Below the pieces are notes generated by a model. The model did not search any database. It was not told the DNA's origin and worked only from the letters and a program-made list of their open reading frames with translations. From Callorhinchus milii (lineage: Eukaryota): a stretch of DNA of 64,000 bases. The DNA is taken from the NCBI RefSeq assembly GCF_018977255.1, contig NW_024704742.1, forward strand, positions 135,472,001 to 135,536,000, written 5' to 3'. This document shows, one piece after another, positions 63,050 to 64,000 of the stretch (positions are counted from its first letter, which is position 1; each line of letters starts with the position of its first letter). A program made the translations under genes and the position numbers.

Positions 63050-63505
63050 CCAGTCACTCCGCCTCGCCCCCTCCTTAGCCTCCTTCAAGTCCCACCTCAA
63101 GACCCTCCTCTTCGACCATGCCATCAGCCACCCCCCTTCCCCTCTCTTCCCTTAGCCCCCCAACCCCAGCTCGGGTCTGAAATGCTGTACTCTGTCCAGC
63201 GCCTTGGGATGTCCTCCCGACATGAAAGGCGCTATACAAATGTAGTGTTGTTGTTGTTGTATAGTGCCTTTCACATCAGGAGGACATCCCAAGGCACTGG
63301 ACAGTCAGGGATCCGCGCCTGAGCTGGTGGTTGGAATCAGGAGGGTTGGAGGGCGGGGAGAGTAGGGGCAAGAGGATGACCGAAGGCGCGGTCGAAGAGG
63401 AGGGTTTTGAGATGGGTTTGAAGAAGGAAAGGGAGGGCGTGGGGCCGAGGGATTGTGGGATGCAGTTCCAGAGGGTGGGGACAGTGAAGGCTGAAGGCCC
63501 GACAG
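63050..63505. mobile_element. Two tail-to-tail L2 3' fragments (+ at 63050-63260, - at 63260-63505)
   Basis: FKSHLKTLLF followed by a (ttg)n tail on +; AFTVPTLWNCIPQSL on -. Confidence 0.8.
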
Positions 63506-64000
63506 ATAATAATAATAATACTACCAATAATAATAATCCTTGTGTTTGACATAGCCCCTTATCACTTCATTGAGATATCTCAAAGTGCTTTGCAGAATAC
63601 ACTGTAAAGTGGAATGACTGTGTATTTTGTGGGCAAAAATAGCTGAGCGAGGACGAGGAAAGTTTTTTAAACTTCTTAAAAAGTTTCAGAGCCTCCTGCA
63701 GCTCTCTTGATGCCTCATCTCTCATGTTATTCTGTCTCTGTGTCTACCTCTCTGTGTCTACCTCTCTGTCTCTACCGCTCTGTCTCTATCTCTCTGTGTA
63801 TCTTCCCCCCCTGCGCCTAACTCAAATCCCTCAGTGATAGACAAACACATATCATTGCCACGTCTCGCTCTGTGAAAGAGGTCCTGTGGCTTGCGGGCTC
63901 GCTCAATCATTTACAAAAGGACTCCCTTCTCTCGTGATACGATATAGAGTGTCTCGCCCTTCAGTTCTCAGTGGGTTAACTGAAGGCAGAGGCGATGAAC

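Overview
Repeat-rich vertebrate genomic DNA. The SINE/LINE repertoire (tRNA-headed SINEs carrying the Deu domain, L2 and CR1 3' ends) suggests a cartilaginous fish, probably a chimaera or elephant-shark relative; this is an inference. The window lies inside one + strand E-protein (class I bHLH) gene, best matching TCF4/E2-2. Three coding exons (186-247, 1501-1600, 51967-52025) splice in frame to [74 protein letters not shown], separated by introns of 1.25 kb and 50.4 kb. The rest is intronic: dozens of SINE copies from two families, L2 and CR1 fragments, Tigger/pogo and Tc1/mariner remnants, an unclassified ~0.5-kb dispersed repeat, simple repeats, and several repeat-free TAAT-rich or CpG-rich islands that may be regulatory. 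Almost all ORFs in the supplied track are spurious. The most notable observations are a candidate in-frame alternative first exon (MEAQ-G, 45426-45438), a candidate 39-nt in-frame microexon (61216-61254), a minimal hammerhead-ribozyme motif in a Penelope-like fragment (30941-30977, - strand) and a ~190-bp palindrome (27136-27327). I see no clear evidence of a new multi-gene system. Repeat boundaries are approximate, only representative repeat copies are listed, and all family assignments and comparisons with human proteins are from memory, not from database searches.
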